From Candidatus Aceula meridiana (GTDB taxonomy: Bacteria; Omnitrophota; Gorgyraeia; Zapsychrales; Aceulaceae): a DNA stretch of 64,000 bases. Below the pieces are notes generated by a model. The model was not told the DNA's origin, ran no database searches, and saw nothing but the letters and a program-made list of their open reading frames with translations. Below are positions 10,374-20,715 of the stretch, piece by piece. The position numbers and the translations under genes were made by a program. Within the stretch, counting starts at the first letter, position 1. The number at the start of each line of letters is the position of its first letter. Location of the stretch: contig JAVCDE010000024.1 of the NCBI GenBank assembly GCA_030765185.1, forward strand, positions 123,538-187,537. The letters run 5' to 3'.

Positions 10374-11003
10374 TCAAAATGTAAAACTCTTGCGGTGAAT
10401 AGGTGTCAGTCCGTATTTCTTAATTTGCTGCCTGTGCTTAAGAGTTGCATATCCCTTGTGTTGTCGAAATCCATATTGAGGATATTCTTTATCCATGCGC
10501 TCCATCAGGTGATCGCGGGTTACTTTGGCAATAACAGATGCACAAGAAATCGAAAGACTTTTCGAATCCCCCTTAACAATAGTTTCAAAAGCAAAAGGAA
10601 GGTTTGCTTTAAAAGTGTTGCCATCGATGAGAAGAAAAATCTTATCACCAAAATTCTTATCCTTAGTGATACTCGCGGGCAATTGCTTAATTAGACTTTT
10701 AACGGCCTTTGTCATAGCAGAAAAAGTCGCATTAAGAATATTAATCTTATCTATAATCGATGGCTGGCTCATTCCGACGCCAAAATAGCTTTTTTTACAA
10801 ATTTCTTTGTAGGCTATCTCACGCTGGCGTGACGTCATCTTTTTAGAATCTTTTATAACAGATTGAAATTTTATTGATTTAAGGCAAACGGCCGCAGCCA
10901 TGACAGGCCCTGCTAAAGGACCTCGCCCGGCTTCATCGATGCCGACAATAATCTTAAAACCTTTACGCTTAAACCTGTTTTCGTAGGAAAGCATGGAAGA
11001 CAA
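10374..11003 (-). CDS. rnhB: Ribonuclease HII
   Basis: GIDEAGRGPLAGPV, DSKK, KGD..S.SI..ASVIAKVTRD, HKGY.T..H, HRKSF. Confidence 0.97.
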   Translation of the reverse strand: MSSMLSYENRFKRKGFKIIVGIDEAGRGPLAGPVMAAAVCLKSIKFQSVIKDSKKMTSRQREIAYKEICKKSYFGVGMSQPSIIDKINILNATFSAMTKAVKSLIKQLPASITKDKNFGDKIFLLIDGNTFKANLPFAFETIVKGDSKSLSISCASVIAKVTRDHLMERMDKEYPQYGFRQHKGYATLKHRQQIKKYGLTPIHRKSFTF

Positions 11004-11036
11004 ACGACCTGGAAACTTATTGTTTTATCCGAAGAG

Positions 11037-11390
11037 TTACAATTCTTTGCGAACACGAGCGGCTTTTCCAACGCGCCCTCGCAAGTAGTATAGTTTTGAA
11101 CGGCTGACAATTCCCTTGCTGATAATTTTTAGGCTCTCGATAACAGGAGAATGCAAAGGAAATGTACGCTCAACTCCTTCACCAAAAGAAATCTTTCTTA
11201 AAGTGAATGTTCCTCGAAGGCCACGGCCGGTCTTGCGAATAACTGCCCCTTCAAAAGGGTGAAGCCTTGCCTTGTCTCCTTCGGTAACCTTTACCATCAT
11301 TTTGACAGTATCCCCAACCTTAAACTCGGGAAGCTCTTTTTTGTGCTTGTTTTCTATATTTTTGAGTGTTTCTCCAATATTTGCAACCAT
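11037..11390 (-). CDS. rplS: 50S ribosomal protein L19
   Basis: F.VGDTV, FEG.VI, RKISFGEGVERTFPLHSP, KLYYLR. Confidence 0.98.
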   Translation of the reverse strand: MVANIGETLKNIENKHKKELPEFKVGDTVKMMVKVTEGDKARLHPFEGAVIRKTGRGLRGTFTLRKISFGEGVERTFPLHSPVIESLKIISKGIVSRSKLYYLRGRVGKAARVRKEL

Positions 11391-11422
11391 TTTTTCAAAC
11401 CCCCTTAAAACTAAATTTTATC

Positions 11423-12097
11423 TTATTTTAATAAATCAGGCCGGATTTTCTTAGTCCGAGCTTGAGACTGACGCTCTCGCCAGTTTTTGATACTCTGATG
11501 ATTTCCAGATAATAGCACATTTGGAACTTTGATGCCATTAAAATTTGCAGGCCGCGTATATTGCGGATATTCAAGTCGTTGGTGCTCGAAAGACTCGTCT
11601 TTGAGAGAAGCATCCTTGCCTAAAACCCCAGGAATCAATCGCGTAACAGAATCCACAATGACCATAGCAGGAACTTCGCCTCCGGTTAAGACATAATCAC
11701 CGATGGAAATACTTTCATCGACGAGATGCTGCCTTACCCTGTCATCAACGCCCTCGTAATGACCGCAAATAATAATTAAATTCTTTTCCTTAGAAAGACG
11801 TTTAGCTATTTTTTGCGTAAATGGCTTACCTGATGGCGTCATTAACAAAACGCTCGCTTTTCGTCTACCCTTCACTTTTTGAATAGTACGAAAAATTGGC
11901 TCAGGGCCCATCACCATTCCCGGTCCACCACCAAAGGGACGATCATCAACCTTTCGGTGTTTATCTTTCGTGTAATCTCTCAAATTGTGAACATTGATGC
12001 GGACCTTCTTTTTTTGCTGTGCCCGCTTTAAAATGGACTCATTCAAGACCGAATTAAAGACATCCGGAAAAATTGTTACAATGTCGAACCGTAACAT
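11423..12097 (-). CDS. trmD: tRNA (guanine-N1)-methyltransferase
   Basis: VDDRPFGGGPGMV, CGHYEGVDDR, SIGDYVLTGGE, YPQYTRP, LLSGNH. Confidence 0.98.
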   Translation of the reverse strand: MLRFDIVTIFPDVFNSVLNESILKRAQQKKKVRINVHNLRDYTKDKHRKVDDRPFGGGPGMVMGPEPIFRTIQKVKGRRKASVLLMTPSGKPFTQKIAKRLSKEKNLIIICGHYEGVDDRVRQHLVDESISIGDYVLTGGEVPAMVIVDSVTRLIPGVLGKDASLKDESFEHQRLEYPQYTRPANFNGIKVPNVLLSGNHQSIKNWRERQSQARTKKIRPDLLK

Positions 12098-13194
12098 GAT
12101 AAAAACTCCTTTTGAAATGCATCAAATTGATTCGCCTCAATCGCAGCACGAATCCGCTCCATCAACTTAACATAAAAATGAACATTATGACATGAGGTTA
12201 AATAAAGTGCGGTAATTTCATTCATATTAAATAGATGACGAATATAGCTGCGTGTGTATTTTTGACAAACAAAACAATCACATGTGTCATCAATCGGACG
12301 AAAATCTTTAGAAAATTCGCCATTACGCACAACGAGTCTTCCCCCGCTAGTAAAAGCAGACCCATTTCGTCCATAGCGTGTCGGGATACAGGTATCAAAC
12401 ATGTCAATTCCGTGAGAAACAGCTTTGACAATTTGATCCGGCGTACCAATTCCCATAACATAACGCGGACGATCTTGAGGCAAAAGAGGCGCGCATGTTT
12501 CAATCGCTTCGAACATCAAATTAACCGGTTCCCCAACGCTGACGCCGCCGATGGCATAGCCATCAAAACCAATATCAACAAGCTCCTTGACAGCTTTCTC
12601 GCGCAGCTTTACATAATTTGAACCTTGGACAATGCCAAATAAGAATTGTTTTTTCTTATACGGACTTTTTAAAAAATGTTCACGCGAGCGCTTGGCCCAT
12701 AAAGTTGTTCGCCTTAAGGCCTCTTCAGCTTGTTTTTCGCCGCAAGGATACGGTGCGCATTCATCTAAAGGCATCATCATGTCAGATCCCAAAACTCCTT
12801 GGGCATCGACGATATCTTCGGGCCGAAAAAAGTGCGAAGATCCATCTAGATGCGATTGAAACTTAACGCCTTCATCAGTTAATTTGCGAAATTGAGCAAG
12901 GCTAAAAACTTGATATCCACCGCTATCGGTTAAGACCGGCTTTTCCCAATTCATAAATTTATGAAGCCCGCCTGCTTCCCGAATGATATCTAGCCCAGGA
13001 CGCAAATAAAGATGATAAGTATTAGAAAGCATAATTTGCGCATTCATGCGCAAAAGGTCTTCATGAGAGAGCGCTTTAACCGTGGCGCATGTCCCTACCG
13101 GCATAAAAAACGGCGTCTGAATTTCTCCATGCGCAGTCTTGAGAACTCCTCGCCGAGCTTTCGTTATGTTATCAATACTTTTAAGTTTAAACAT
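12076..13194 (-). CDS. tgt: Queuine tRNA-ribosyltransferase
   Basis: TPFFMPVGT, NTYHL, TDSGGYQVFSL, FGIVQG, DMFD, zinc site CDCFVC...HN. Confidence 0.98.
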   Translation of the reverse strand: MFKLKSIDNITKARRGVLKTAHGEIQTPFFMPVGTCATVKALSHEDLLRMNAQIMLSNTYHLYLRPGLDIIREAGGLHKFMNWEKPVLTDSGGYQVFSLAQFRKLTDEGVKFQSHLDGSSHFFRPEDIVDAQGVLGSDMMMPLDECAPYPCGEKQAEEALRRTTLWAKRSREHFLKSPYKKKQFLFGIVQGSNYVKLREKAVKELVDIGFDGYAIGGVSVGEPVNLMFEAIETCAPLLPQDRPRYVMGIGTPDQIVKAVSHGIDMFDTCIPTRYGRNGSAFTSGGRLVVRNGEFSKDFRPIDDTCDCFVCQKYTRSYIRHLFNMNEITALYLTSCHNVHFYVKLMERIRAAIEANQFDAFQKEFLSCYGSTL

Positions 13195-13195
13195 A

Positions 13196-14206
13196 CTAGA
13201 TAATTATCATACAGTCCCCATAGCTGTAAAATCTATAATTTTTATTAATTGCTTCTTGATAAGCTTTTACAGTTAAATCTTGTCCGGCAAAAGCAGCCAC
13301 TAGCATTAAAAGCGTACTTTTAGGAAGATGAAAGTTTGTCAACAAGACATCCACCATGCGAAAAGAAAAACCCGGATAAATAAAAAGGTTTGAACTCCCC
13401 TCTAGCTCTTTAGTGCGCGAAACAGTTTCTAAAACACGGCAGCTTGTGGTTCCCACGCTAACAATGGGCTTGTTTTCTTTCTTTGCTCTTAAAATTGTCT
13501 GCCAAGTACGCGATAAAAGACAATAATCTTCAGAGTGCATTTGATGCTTTGTAATATCATCGTCTTCGACAGGTTTAAAGGTCCCATAGTTAATGTGCAA
13601 TGTTGTTTTGGCAAATTTATGACCGGCTCTTTTTAATTGCGCAACAAGAGCATTGGTAAAATGCAATCCAGCTGTAGGAGCAGCAACCGACCCTTGATGT
13701 CGCGCATAAACAGTTTGATAATCTTTTCGGTCAGAGGGCGCATCCTCTCTCTTGATATAAGGCGGAAGAGGAATATGTCCGACACTTTTAAGATGCATGA
13801 GTGCATTTTTTTTATTAAAACGCACGATCATTTTTTTTCGATCCTCAAGCCTTGCATAAATGCCGCTTCCGTTAAAAAATATCTTTTCGTCATCTTTAAT
13901 CTTTCGTAAAGGCTTCATTAAAGCCTCATAGCAATATCCATCTGATAATCCTTTAAGAAGAAAAATCTCAACCTCGCGGCCACCAAACTCTTTTTTACCA
14001 AAAAGGCGTGCCGGTACGACTTTACTGTCATTGACGACAAAAAGACTTTTTTTAGGAAGATAGTCTGCAATATTAGAAAACGTATCATGGATGATGGTTT
14101 TTCTTTTGCGGTCAATGACCATCAGCCGTGCAGTATCTCGCTTCTTCAAAGGATGCTGCGCAATCATGCTTTCAGGGAGATGATAATCAAAATCTTTTAA
14201 TTTCAT
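13196..14206 (-). CDS. queA: S-adenosylmethionine:tRNA ribosyltransferase-isomerase
   Basis: FDYHLP..IAQ.P, PLPPYI, YQTVYA, AAPTAGLHF, VGTT, TNFHLPKSTL, YRFYSYGD. Confidence 0.98.
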   Translation of the reverse strand: MKLKDFDYHLPESMIAQHPLKKRDTARLMVIDRKRKTIIHDTFSNIADYLPKKSLFVVNDSKVVPARLFGKKEFGGREVEIFLLKGLSDGYCYEALMKPLRKIKDDEKIFFNGSGIYARLEDRKKMIVRFNKKNALMHLKSVGHIPLPPYIKREDAPSDRKDYQTVYARHQGSVAAPTAGLHFTNALVAQLKRAGHKFAKTTLHINYGTFKPVEDDDITKHQMHSEDYCLLSRTWQTILRAKKENKPIVSVGTTSCRVLETVSRTKELEGSSNLFIYPGFSFRMVDVLLTNFHLPKSTLLMLVAAFAGQDLTVKAYQEAINKNYRFYSYGDCMIII

Positions 14207-15387
14207 AGATCAAGTCTCTTATGCTTCTCATAACAATCAACTATGCGTGCACCAGGATAATAAAAGCTTAGAATTTCATCATAAGAGTAACCTTCGCGAG
14301 ACATAAAATATGCTCCCCACTGGCAAAGGCCAACACCATGACCCCAGCCCCTCCCTAAGAAGTCGACATAATATCCCTTCATGTCGATAACATAATTATT
14401 GCTTCGAATCACATTCGGCCCGACAATATCACGAAATTCTTTTCCGGAAACAATTGTTTGCTTATCATCATCAGTTGTTATTTTTATTGTTGTAATCCGC
14501 CCACTTGGGTTGCGGTCAAGAACTTGCATATGCGTAATACGCCCAAAAGCGTAGCCTTTTTCATTAAGCTTGTCCTGAATATCCTTCAATCTCATATTCT
14601 TCTTCCAAGAATAGTGCGGCGACTTTTTACAAAAATTGCATACAACTCCTCTAAGGGGAGGAAGATTATTGTCCCAAAGCGCTGCAACATTCTCGGTATG
14701 CCCTGCGCAAGTGGCATGATAAAAAGCTGGTAAAATTTTGTCCCTGTATACAAGAACAAGCCCTGCTGTTCTCTCGACGGCAATGTTCGTTCGATATTTT
14801 TCCGATGTCCGTCCACCATAGACTTGAGAATAGATGTCACTCCTGACATCATAAAAAGGACTTTTGCTGTTTTGCATTGAATAAAGCGCATAAGTTCTTG
14901 CAGCAATCGCCTGGGCCTTGATTGCTTCTAAGGGCCATCGGTCAGATATCTCGTGATATAAAACACCTTTGATATAATTTTCTAAATCAATTACGTTAAC
15001 GACAAGAAGATGATTATTAACATTCTTAATAATGTCGATCTCGCCACGAAAGCGCCGATTGTTAATATAAACGCTCGCTTCTTTTTGAGGTGAAATTTTA
15101 ATCTTATCCTTTAAGTAATGTTTTTCTCCAATTTGAATGCCATCTTTTGTCGGAACAACCTTTTTAGCCTTTAAGAATTTTTCCTGTCCTAGCGTTTCCT
15201 TAGAATCAAAATTCAAAACTTGATATGGCCCTTTAACCTGAAGCGTAAATTCTCCAACTCCCCGCAAAATAGCAATGCGCACAGGTTGAAAATGCTGTGC
15301 TTGTTGCGATCGGAGCTGGTGCGAGACACCACAGCCGCTCAAAAAAACAAAAATGGGAATAAAAAGAATTTTTGTGAATGTTTTCAT
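14203..15387 (-). CDS. SpoIID/LytB domain lipoprotein (putative lytic transglycosylase)
   Basis: Lipobox LSGC; LENYIKGVLYHE, EAIKAQAIAARTYA, SQVYGG, GWGHGVGLCQWGA, IL.FYYPG. Confidence 0.93.
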   Translation of the reverse strand: MKTFTKILFIPIFVFLSGCGVSHQLRSQQAQHFQPVRIAILRGVGEFTLQVKGPYQVLNFDSKETLGQEKFLKAKKVVPTKDGIQIGEKHYLKDKIKISPQKEASVYINNRRFRGEIDIIKNVNNHLLVVNVIDLENYIKGVLYHEISDRWPLEAIKAQAIAARTYALYSMQNSKSPFYDVRSDIYSQVYGGRTSEKYRTNIAVERTAGLVLVYRDKILPAFYHATCAGHTENVAALWDNNLPPLRGVVCNFCKKSPHYSWKKNMRLKDIQDKLNEKGYAFGRITHMQVLDRNPSGRITTIKITTDDDKQTIVSGKEFRDIVGPNVIRSNNYVIDMKGYYVDFLGRGWGHGVGLCQWGAYFMSREGYSYDEILSFYYPGARIVDCYEKHKRLDL

Positions 15388-15417
15388 ATTATTTCACGCT
15401 GCAAAAGAATAATAAAA

Positions 15418-16452
15418 TTAAAAAAGTTTTTGTTGGTCGTTTTTTTGTGAGGGAAAAATCTTAAGATGCGCAAGAGCCTTGTTCGTAAGCTCGCGCCCAC
15501 GCTGAGTGCGCTTAACAAAACCTTTTTTGAGCAAGAAAGGTTCAACAACATCGACAATAGTATCTACTTCTTCATTAAGGGTTGCCGCAATCGCATCAAC
15601 ACCGGCAGGGCCGCCTTGATAATGGTCGCTCATAACACGTAAAAATTTTCGATCTGTTTGATCTAAGCCCTCGGAATCAATCCCTAAAGTCAACATTGCT
15701 TTTTCAACGATGTCTGATGTAACAGCACCTGTCTTTGTCTTCACCTGCGCGTAATCCCGAACGCGCCTTAAAAGACGGTTTGCAATGCGAGGCGTACCGC
15801 GCGCGCGCCTGGCAACTTCTTTTGCAGCCTCCGCATCAATAGAGAGTCCTAATTTCTTTGATGAATTTGAAACAATCTGAGCTAAGTCCTCAGTGTTGTA
15901 GAAATCTAAATGATGGAAAATTCCGAATCGATCCCTTAGGGGAGCTGCTAAAAGTCCGCTTCGTGTTGTCGCGCCGATTAACGTAAACGGTTTTAAATTA
16001 AATTTAATTGTCTTAGCATAAGGCCCTTTATCGACGATAAAATCAATCTGGAAGTTTTCCATAGCCGGATACAAGAATTCTTCAACTGCCTTCGAAAGCC
16101 TATGAATTTCATCAATAAAAAGAACGTCACTTTCTTCTAAATTTGTCAAAATGCCGATAAAATCACCCGCACGGTCAATAGCAGGTCCAGACGTTACAGT
16201 GATGCGGGAATCCATTTCATGGGCGATAATGTAGGCGAGAGAAGTTTTTCCTAATCCAGGTGGCCCTGAAAAAAGCATATGCTCGATGGGTTCTTTTCTC
16301 TGTTTAGCCGCATCAAGCGAGACTTTTAAGTTCTCGACTAAGTCCTTTTGTCCCACAAAATCAGCAAGCTTTGTTGGCCTTAGCGACAGACTAACAACAG
16401 CATCTTCCTCTGTTTCCTGGTTAAGGATAAGTCTTTGTCTTTGCTCTTCCAT
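15418..16452 (-). CDS. ruvB: Holliday junction branch migration helicase RuvB
   Basis: LRP..L..FVGQ, GPPGLGKT, FIDEIHRL, GATTR.G.L..PLRDRFG, RGTPRIANRLL. Confidence 0.98.
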   Translation of the reverse strand: MEEQRQRLILNQETEEDAVVSLSLRPTKLADFVGQKDLVENLKVSLDAAKQRKEPIEHMLFSGPPGLGKTSLAYIIAHEMDSRITVTSGPAIDRAGDFIGILTNLEESDVLFIDEIHRLSKAVEEFLYPAMENFQIDFIVDKGPYAKTIKFNLKPFTLIGATTRSGLLAAPLRDRFGIFHHLDFYNTEDLAQIVSNSSKKLGLSIDAEAAKEVARRARGTPRIANRLLRRVRDYAQVKTKTGAVTSDIVEKAMLTLGIDSEGLDQTDRKFLRVMSDHYQGGPAGVDAIAATLNEEVDTIVDVVEPFLLKKGFVKRTQRGRELTNKALAHLKIFPSQKNDQQKLF

Positions 16453-17331
16453 TTAAGTTAGCTCGCTATTCTTGCTGCTATCACTTTGTTCAACAGTAGG
16501 ATCTTGCGCTTGAACTGGCTCTTCATTCTTTTGGACAGAAAGCTCTTCAATCTCTTTCTCGGGAAATTCTTCAGCCTCTTGATTGTTCTGCTCGCTACTT
16601 GGCTCCAAGTTTTCCCGATTACGCAAGACTTCGATGCTACCAAAAATACCTTTTTGCATAGCGATAACTTCGCGCAAACGGATAAGCTCTAAAATGGCCA
16701 TGAAAGTTACAATAATTTCGTCTTTACTTCTAGACTTTGCAAAAAGCTCGGTTAAAAAAACTGTGCTGCGGTCTAAAAAGAGATGAAGAATATCATGAAT
16801 TTTTTGCTCAACAGTGAATTCTTCTTTTATAACTTCATAAAAAACATTCTTGGGAATATTTTGTAACGCATTCGAAAATGCCGAAATAAGGTCAAAGAGA
16901 TTCGCCTCAAAATACGTTTCTGTGGCATCCTCTTTAAGCTCTTTGGTTTTTTCTTCATCGATCTCACGCTTAAATAAATCCTGGCGATCCATAGACTTTT
17001 GATGCAAGTTTTCAGCGGCTTCTTTAAACTTTTTATATTCTAAAAGACGCTTTACAAGCTCATCGCGAGGATCCTCTTCTTCCGGGATTTCCTCCGTCGG
17101 ATCCGGAGGCAGTAACATCTTTGATTTAATCTGCATCAAAGTTGCGGCCATAACAAGAAAATCTCCGACGGCTTCTAAATCCAAAAGCTTCAACATGTCA
17201 AGATACTCCATGTACTGATCGGTTATCTTGGCAATAGGAATATCATAGATATTAAGCTCTTCCCTTTTAATGAGATACAGGAGGAGATCAAGAGGGCCTT
17301 CAAAAACTTCAAGTTTAATTTTATAATTCAT
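16453..17331 (-). CDS. scpA: Segregation and condensation protein A (kleisin)
   Basis: FEGPLDLLLYLI, FLVMAATL..IKSKMLLP, RLLEYK.FK, TFMAILEL. Confidence 0.95.
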   Translation of the reverse strand: MNYKIKLEVFEGPLDLLLYLIKREELNIYDIPIAKITDQYMEYLDMLKLLDLEAVGDFLVMAATLMQIKSKMLLPPDPTEEIPEEEDPRDELVKRLLEYKKFKEAAENLHQKSMDRQDLFKREIDEEKTKELKEDATETYFEANLFDLISAFSNALQNIPKNVFYEVIKEEFTVEQKIHDILHLFLDRSTVFLTELFAKSRSKDEIIVTFMAILELIRLREVIAMQKGIFGSIEVLRNRENLEPSSEQNNQEAEEFPEKEIEELSVQKNEEPVQAQDPTVEQSDSSKNSELT

Positions 17332-17336
17332 TGGAT

Positions 17337-18320
17337 TTATGAAAAAACTTTAGTCCGGACTTCTGTTATAGTCTTCTGGGCAATGACACGTGCCTTAAGA
17401 GCGCCCTGCTTTAAAATATCCTCAACGTAACCTTTGTCTTTTGATAATTTCTCTCGTTTATCGGCAATAGGCCTAATTCTCTCTAAGATATCTTCAGCAA
17501 GAATCTTTTTACACTCTGTGCATCCCTTTTCAGCCTTTGTGCACCAAGCGCAAACCTCAGCTTCTTTTTCAGGAGAAAAAACCTTGTAGTAGCTAAAAAC
17601 ATTACAAATTTTTGGGTGTCCAGGGTCAGAAAGTTTAATACGCTTAGGATCGGTGAACATCGTCTGAACTTTCTTGCGAACTATTTCAGCTGAGTCTGAC
17701 AAATTAATTGCATTGTCATAACTTTTGCTCATCTTGCGCCCGTCGAGACCTAGGAGGCGCGGTGTTTCCGTTAAAATAGCCTTGCAGTCTTCAAAAACTT
17801 TTGTTTTATATAAATGATTAAAACGGCGTGCAATTTCACGAGTTAACTCTAAGTGGGGAAGCTGGTCTTCACCGATAGGAACTGCCTGAGCTTTATAAAG
17901 TAAAATATCCGCAGCCTGCAAAACAGGATATCCTAAAAAACCAAAGGTGTGTAAATCACGCGTTTTAATTTCGCGCAGCTGCTCCTTGTACGTTGGATTT
18001 CTTTCAAGCCATCCTAATGGAGTTATGCAAGAAAAAAACATTTGAAGCTCAAGATGTTCAGGAATATCTGACTGAACAGCAATAATTGATTTTTTAGGAT
18101 CAATGCCACAGGCAAGCCAATCAACAGCCATATCAAGAATATTTTTTTTAATTTGATGACTATTTTCATATTCGCCCATCAAAGCATGCCAATCAACAAT
18201 TCCAAAGATGCACTCATATTCTTCCTGAAGAACAGACCAATTTTCCAAAGCACCAACAAGATGCCCTAAGTGAAGTTTTCCCGTTGGTCGCATTCCGCTA
18301 AAAATTCTTTTTTTCGTCAT
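17337..18320 (-). CDS. trpS: Tryptophan--tRNA ligase
   Basis: SGMRPTGKLHLGH, YPVLQAADIL, VPIGEDQ..HLE, KMSKS. Confidence 0.98.
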   Translation of the reverse strand: MTKKRIFSGMRPTGKLHLGHLVGALENWSVLQEEYECIFGIVDWHALMGEYENSHQIKKNILDMAVDWLACGIDPKKSIIAVQSDIPEHLELQMFFSCITPLGWLERNPTYKEQLREIKTRDLHTFGFLGYPVLQAADILLYKAQAVPIGEDQLPHLELTREIARRFNHLYKTKVFEDCKAILTETPRLLGLDGRKMSKSYDNAINLSDSAEIVRKKVQTMFTDPKRIKLSDPGHPKICNVFSYYKVFSPEKEAEVCAWCTKAEKGCTECKKILAEDILERIRPIADKREKLSKDKGYVEDILKQGALKARVIAQKTITEVRTKVFS

Positions 18321-18335
18321 GACTTTTCCTTAAGA

Positions 18336-20699
18336 CTAGAGACTTCTTTCAATTCGCTCTAACTCGTAAGCCTCAACAATATCACCAACTTGAAGTTTAT
18401 CATAATCTTTTATGGTGATACCACATTCAAAACCTTCTCTGACTTCACGAACGTCGTCTTTAAATCTCTTTAACGACTCCATATCCCCTTTAAAAACTTC
18501 TTCGCCGTTTCGCGTTACCGAAACTTTAGCTTTTCGATGAACTTTTCCCTTCTGAACAAAACATCCAGCAACCATTCCCGATTTGGTAAGCTTAAAAACC
18601 TGGCGCACTTCAATGCGTCCCAAGAAAATTTTCTTAAGCCGTGGCTCAAGAAGACCGGAAAGCGCATTTTTAAGGTCATTAACTGCATCATAGATAATAC
18701 GATAAATTCTAACGTCAATATCTTGCTTTTCTAGTTCATCTTTTGCTTTAGTGCTAATATTAACATGGAATCCGACGACAATAGCGTTGGCAACACCAGC
18801 TAAGATAACATCTGCAGCGCTAATGTCACCTATACCAATGTGAATAAACTTAATCTTAACCTCATCAGTTGAAAGTTGCTCCAAAGAATCTTTGAGCGCC
18901 CCTAAAGATCCTTGAACATCTGCCTTCAAAATAATATTTAACTCTTTAATCTTTCCCTCTTGAATCTGAGAGTAAAGATCTTCAAGAGTAATTTTTTGCA
19001 TCGACTGAAGTCTCTTATTTTTAATTTGATTGAGACGTTTGGCAGCAATTTCTTTAGCCTGCTTTTCATCAGAAACAGCATAAAAAATTTCACCTGCCTC
19101 AGGAACACCTGAGAGCCCCAGAATTTCAACAGGGATAGCTGGCGAGGCTACAGACATAGGCTGCTGATGATCATCAAACATAGCCTTGACCTTTCCAAAA
19201 AACGGCCCAGCAACAACAATATCGCCTTCTTTTAGGGTTCCGCTTTGAACAATGATAGAAGATACAGCTCCTTTTCCGGGACTTAAATGTGCTTCCACAA
19301 TAATCCCTGAGGCTCTTTTTTCATAATTTGCTTTAAGTTCCAATAGCTCAGCCTCTAAAAGAATCATTTCAAGTAATTTATCAACGCCATCACCGGTTGT
19401 TGCAGAAACACCGACAGCAACGACTTTTCCTCCCCAGTCTTCTGTCATGAGGTCTTTCTCCGATAACTGTTTCTTAACGCGATCAATATCTGCATTGCGC
19501 TTATCAATTTTATTAATCGCAACTACGATAGGAACGTTAGCGGCACGTGCATGGTCAATAGCCTCTTCAGTCTGCGGCATAATTCCTTCATCCGCCGCAA
19601 CAACGAGGATAATCAAATCAGTAATATGAGCTCCTCTGGCACGCATCGCCGTAAACGCGGCGTGACCAGGTGTATCTAAAAACGTCATGATCCCTTTTGG
19701 TGTCTTAACCGAATACGCTGCCATATGCTGAGTAATTCCGCCATGCTCTTTATCTGTAATGTTACTTCGACGAATTTTATCTAAAAGCGATGTCTTGCCA
19801 TGGTCAACATGCCCCATAAAAGTAATTACAGGAGGACGGTCTTTCATCAGGGCAGGATCTTCCCCATCTCCCCGATGAATCGCGACAAGCTCTTCTTCTT
19901 GTGTTTTAGCTTTTCGAAATGTAAAATTTAAATCCTGAGAAATTTTCTCGACAATATCTTCGCCAAGATTCTGATTAATCGTTGCAAAAATACCTTTCTT
20001 CATAAGAAATTTTAAAACAATGTTCAATTTTTGCTGCAGTTTAACGGATAAATCTTTAACTGAAATCGGAAAATCAATCTCAATGTCTTTTTGCGGTCCT
20101 CTAGCAACAGTCTCCTGTGAACGTGGAGGCTCTTGAACCTTTTGAACTTCTGTCTTTTTAGGATAAACAGATGGTTTAACTTTTTGAAAGACAGGCGGCC
20201 TTGGAGGTGATACTTTTTGTTGTTGAAATTTTGGTGCAGGAGCCTTAGGCCCAGGGGTTTTCTTCCTAAGATCCTCCTTAATCACCTTTGACTTTGGAGT
20301 GGCCTCTTTCTTCTCAGGCTTCTTAACAACGGCCTTCTTAACAGCAGGCTTGTCTTTCTTTGCCGAAGCCTTCTTGGCTGGGGCTTTTTTAGCCGGAGTC
20401 TTCTTAAGAGCTGACTTCTTTATAAGTTTTGTTTTTGCTGGTTTTTTTGCAGCGACTTTTAACGGAGCTTTCTTAACCGTCTTCGCAGCCTCTTCCTTCT
20501 TTGTCGCAGGATTAGCTTCTCCTTTAGCTTTTGGGACAATCTTTTTACCTTTTTTTGCTAAAGCGCTCCTTAAAACCGCCACAGCCGCAGAGCTTAAATC
20601 TTGCTTTGCATCTTTGGACTTAAGCTTCATCGCTTTCAATTCAGCCAGAATTTCTTGGCTGGCCATTCCATATTCTTTTGCGAGTTCTGATACCTTCAT
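18336..20699 (-). CDS. infB: Translation initiation factor IF-2
   Basis: GHVDHGKT, GGITQH, DTPGH, NKID, SA.TG, KADVQGS, LKRFKDDV. Confidence 0.98.
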   Translation of the reverse strand: MKVSELAKEYGMASQEILAELKAMKLKSKDAKQDLSSAAVAVLRSALAKKGKKIVPKAKGEANPATKKEEAAKTVKKAPLKVAAKKPAKTKLIKKSALKKTPAKKAPAKKASAKKDKPAVKKAVVKKPEKKEATPKSKVIKEDLRKKTPGPKAPAPKFQQQKVSPPRPPVFQKVKPSVYPKKTEVQKVQEPPRSQETVARGPQKDIEIDFPISVKDLSVKLQQKLNIVLKFLMKKGIFATINQNLGEDIVEKISQDLNFTFRKAKTQEEELVAIHRGDGEDPALMKDRPPVITFMGHVDHGKTSLLDKIRRSNITDKEHGGITQHMAAYSVKTPKGIMTFLDTPGHAAFTAMRARGAHITDLIILVVAADEGIMPQTEEAIDHARAANVPIVVAINKIDKRNADIDRVKKQLSEKDLMTEDWGGKVVAVGVSATTGDGVDKLLEMILLEAELLELKANYEKRASGIIVEAHLSPGKGAVSSIIVQSGTLKEGDIVVAGPFFGKVKAMFDDHQQPMSVASPAIPVEILGLSGVPEAGEIFYAVSDEKQAKEIAAKRLNQIKNKRLQSMQKITLEDLYSQIQEGKIKELNIILKADVQGSLGALKDSLEQLSTDEVKIKFIHIGIGDISAADVILAGVANAIVVGFHVNISTKAKDELEKQDIDVRIYRIIYDAVNDLKNALSGLLEPRLKKIFLGRIEVRQVFKLTKSGMVAGCFVQKGKVHRKAKVSVTRNGEEVFKGDMESLKRFKDDVREVREGFECGITIKDYDKLQVGDIVEAYELERIERSL

Positions 20700-20715
20700 A
20701 GGATAATTAGCTTTC

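Noticed and set aside
14203-15387. SpoIID homolog as evidence of sporulation
   Set aside because: SpoIID/LytB proteins are widespread in non-sporulating bacteria, and the ruvB-spoIID-queA-tgt order is a known arrangement.
20299-20706. 135-aa plus-strand ORF rich in Phe/Ala/Leu, resembling a membrane protein
   Set aside because: It is the antisense shadow of the Lys/Ala-rich IF-2 N-terminus. The other short plus-strand and nested ORFs (for example 48643-49209, 24220-24648, 61434-61868) likewise overlap well-supported genes and show no motifs.
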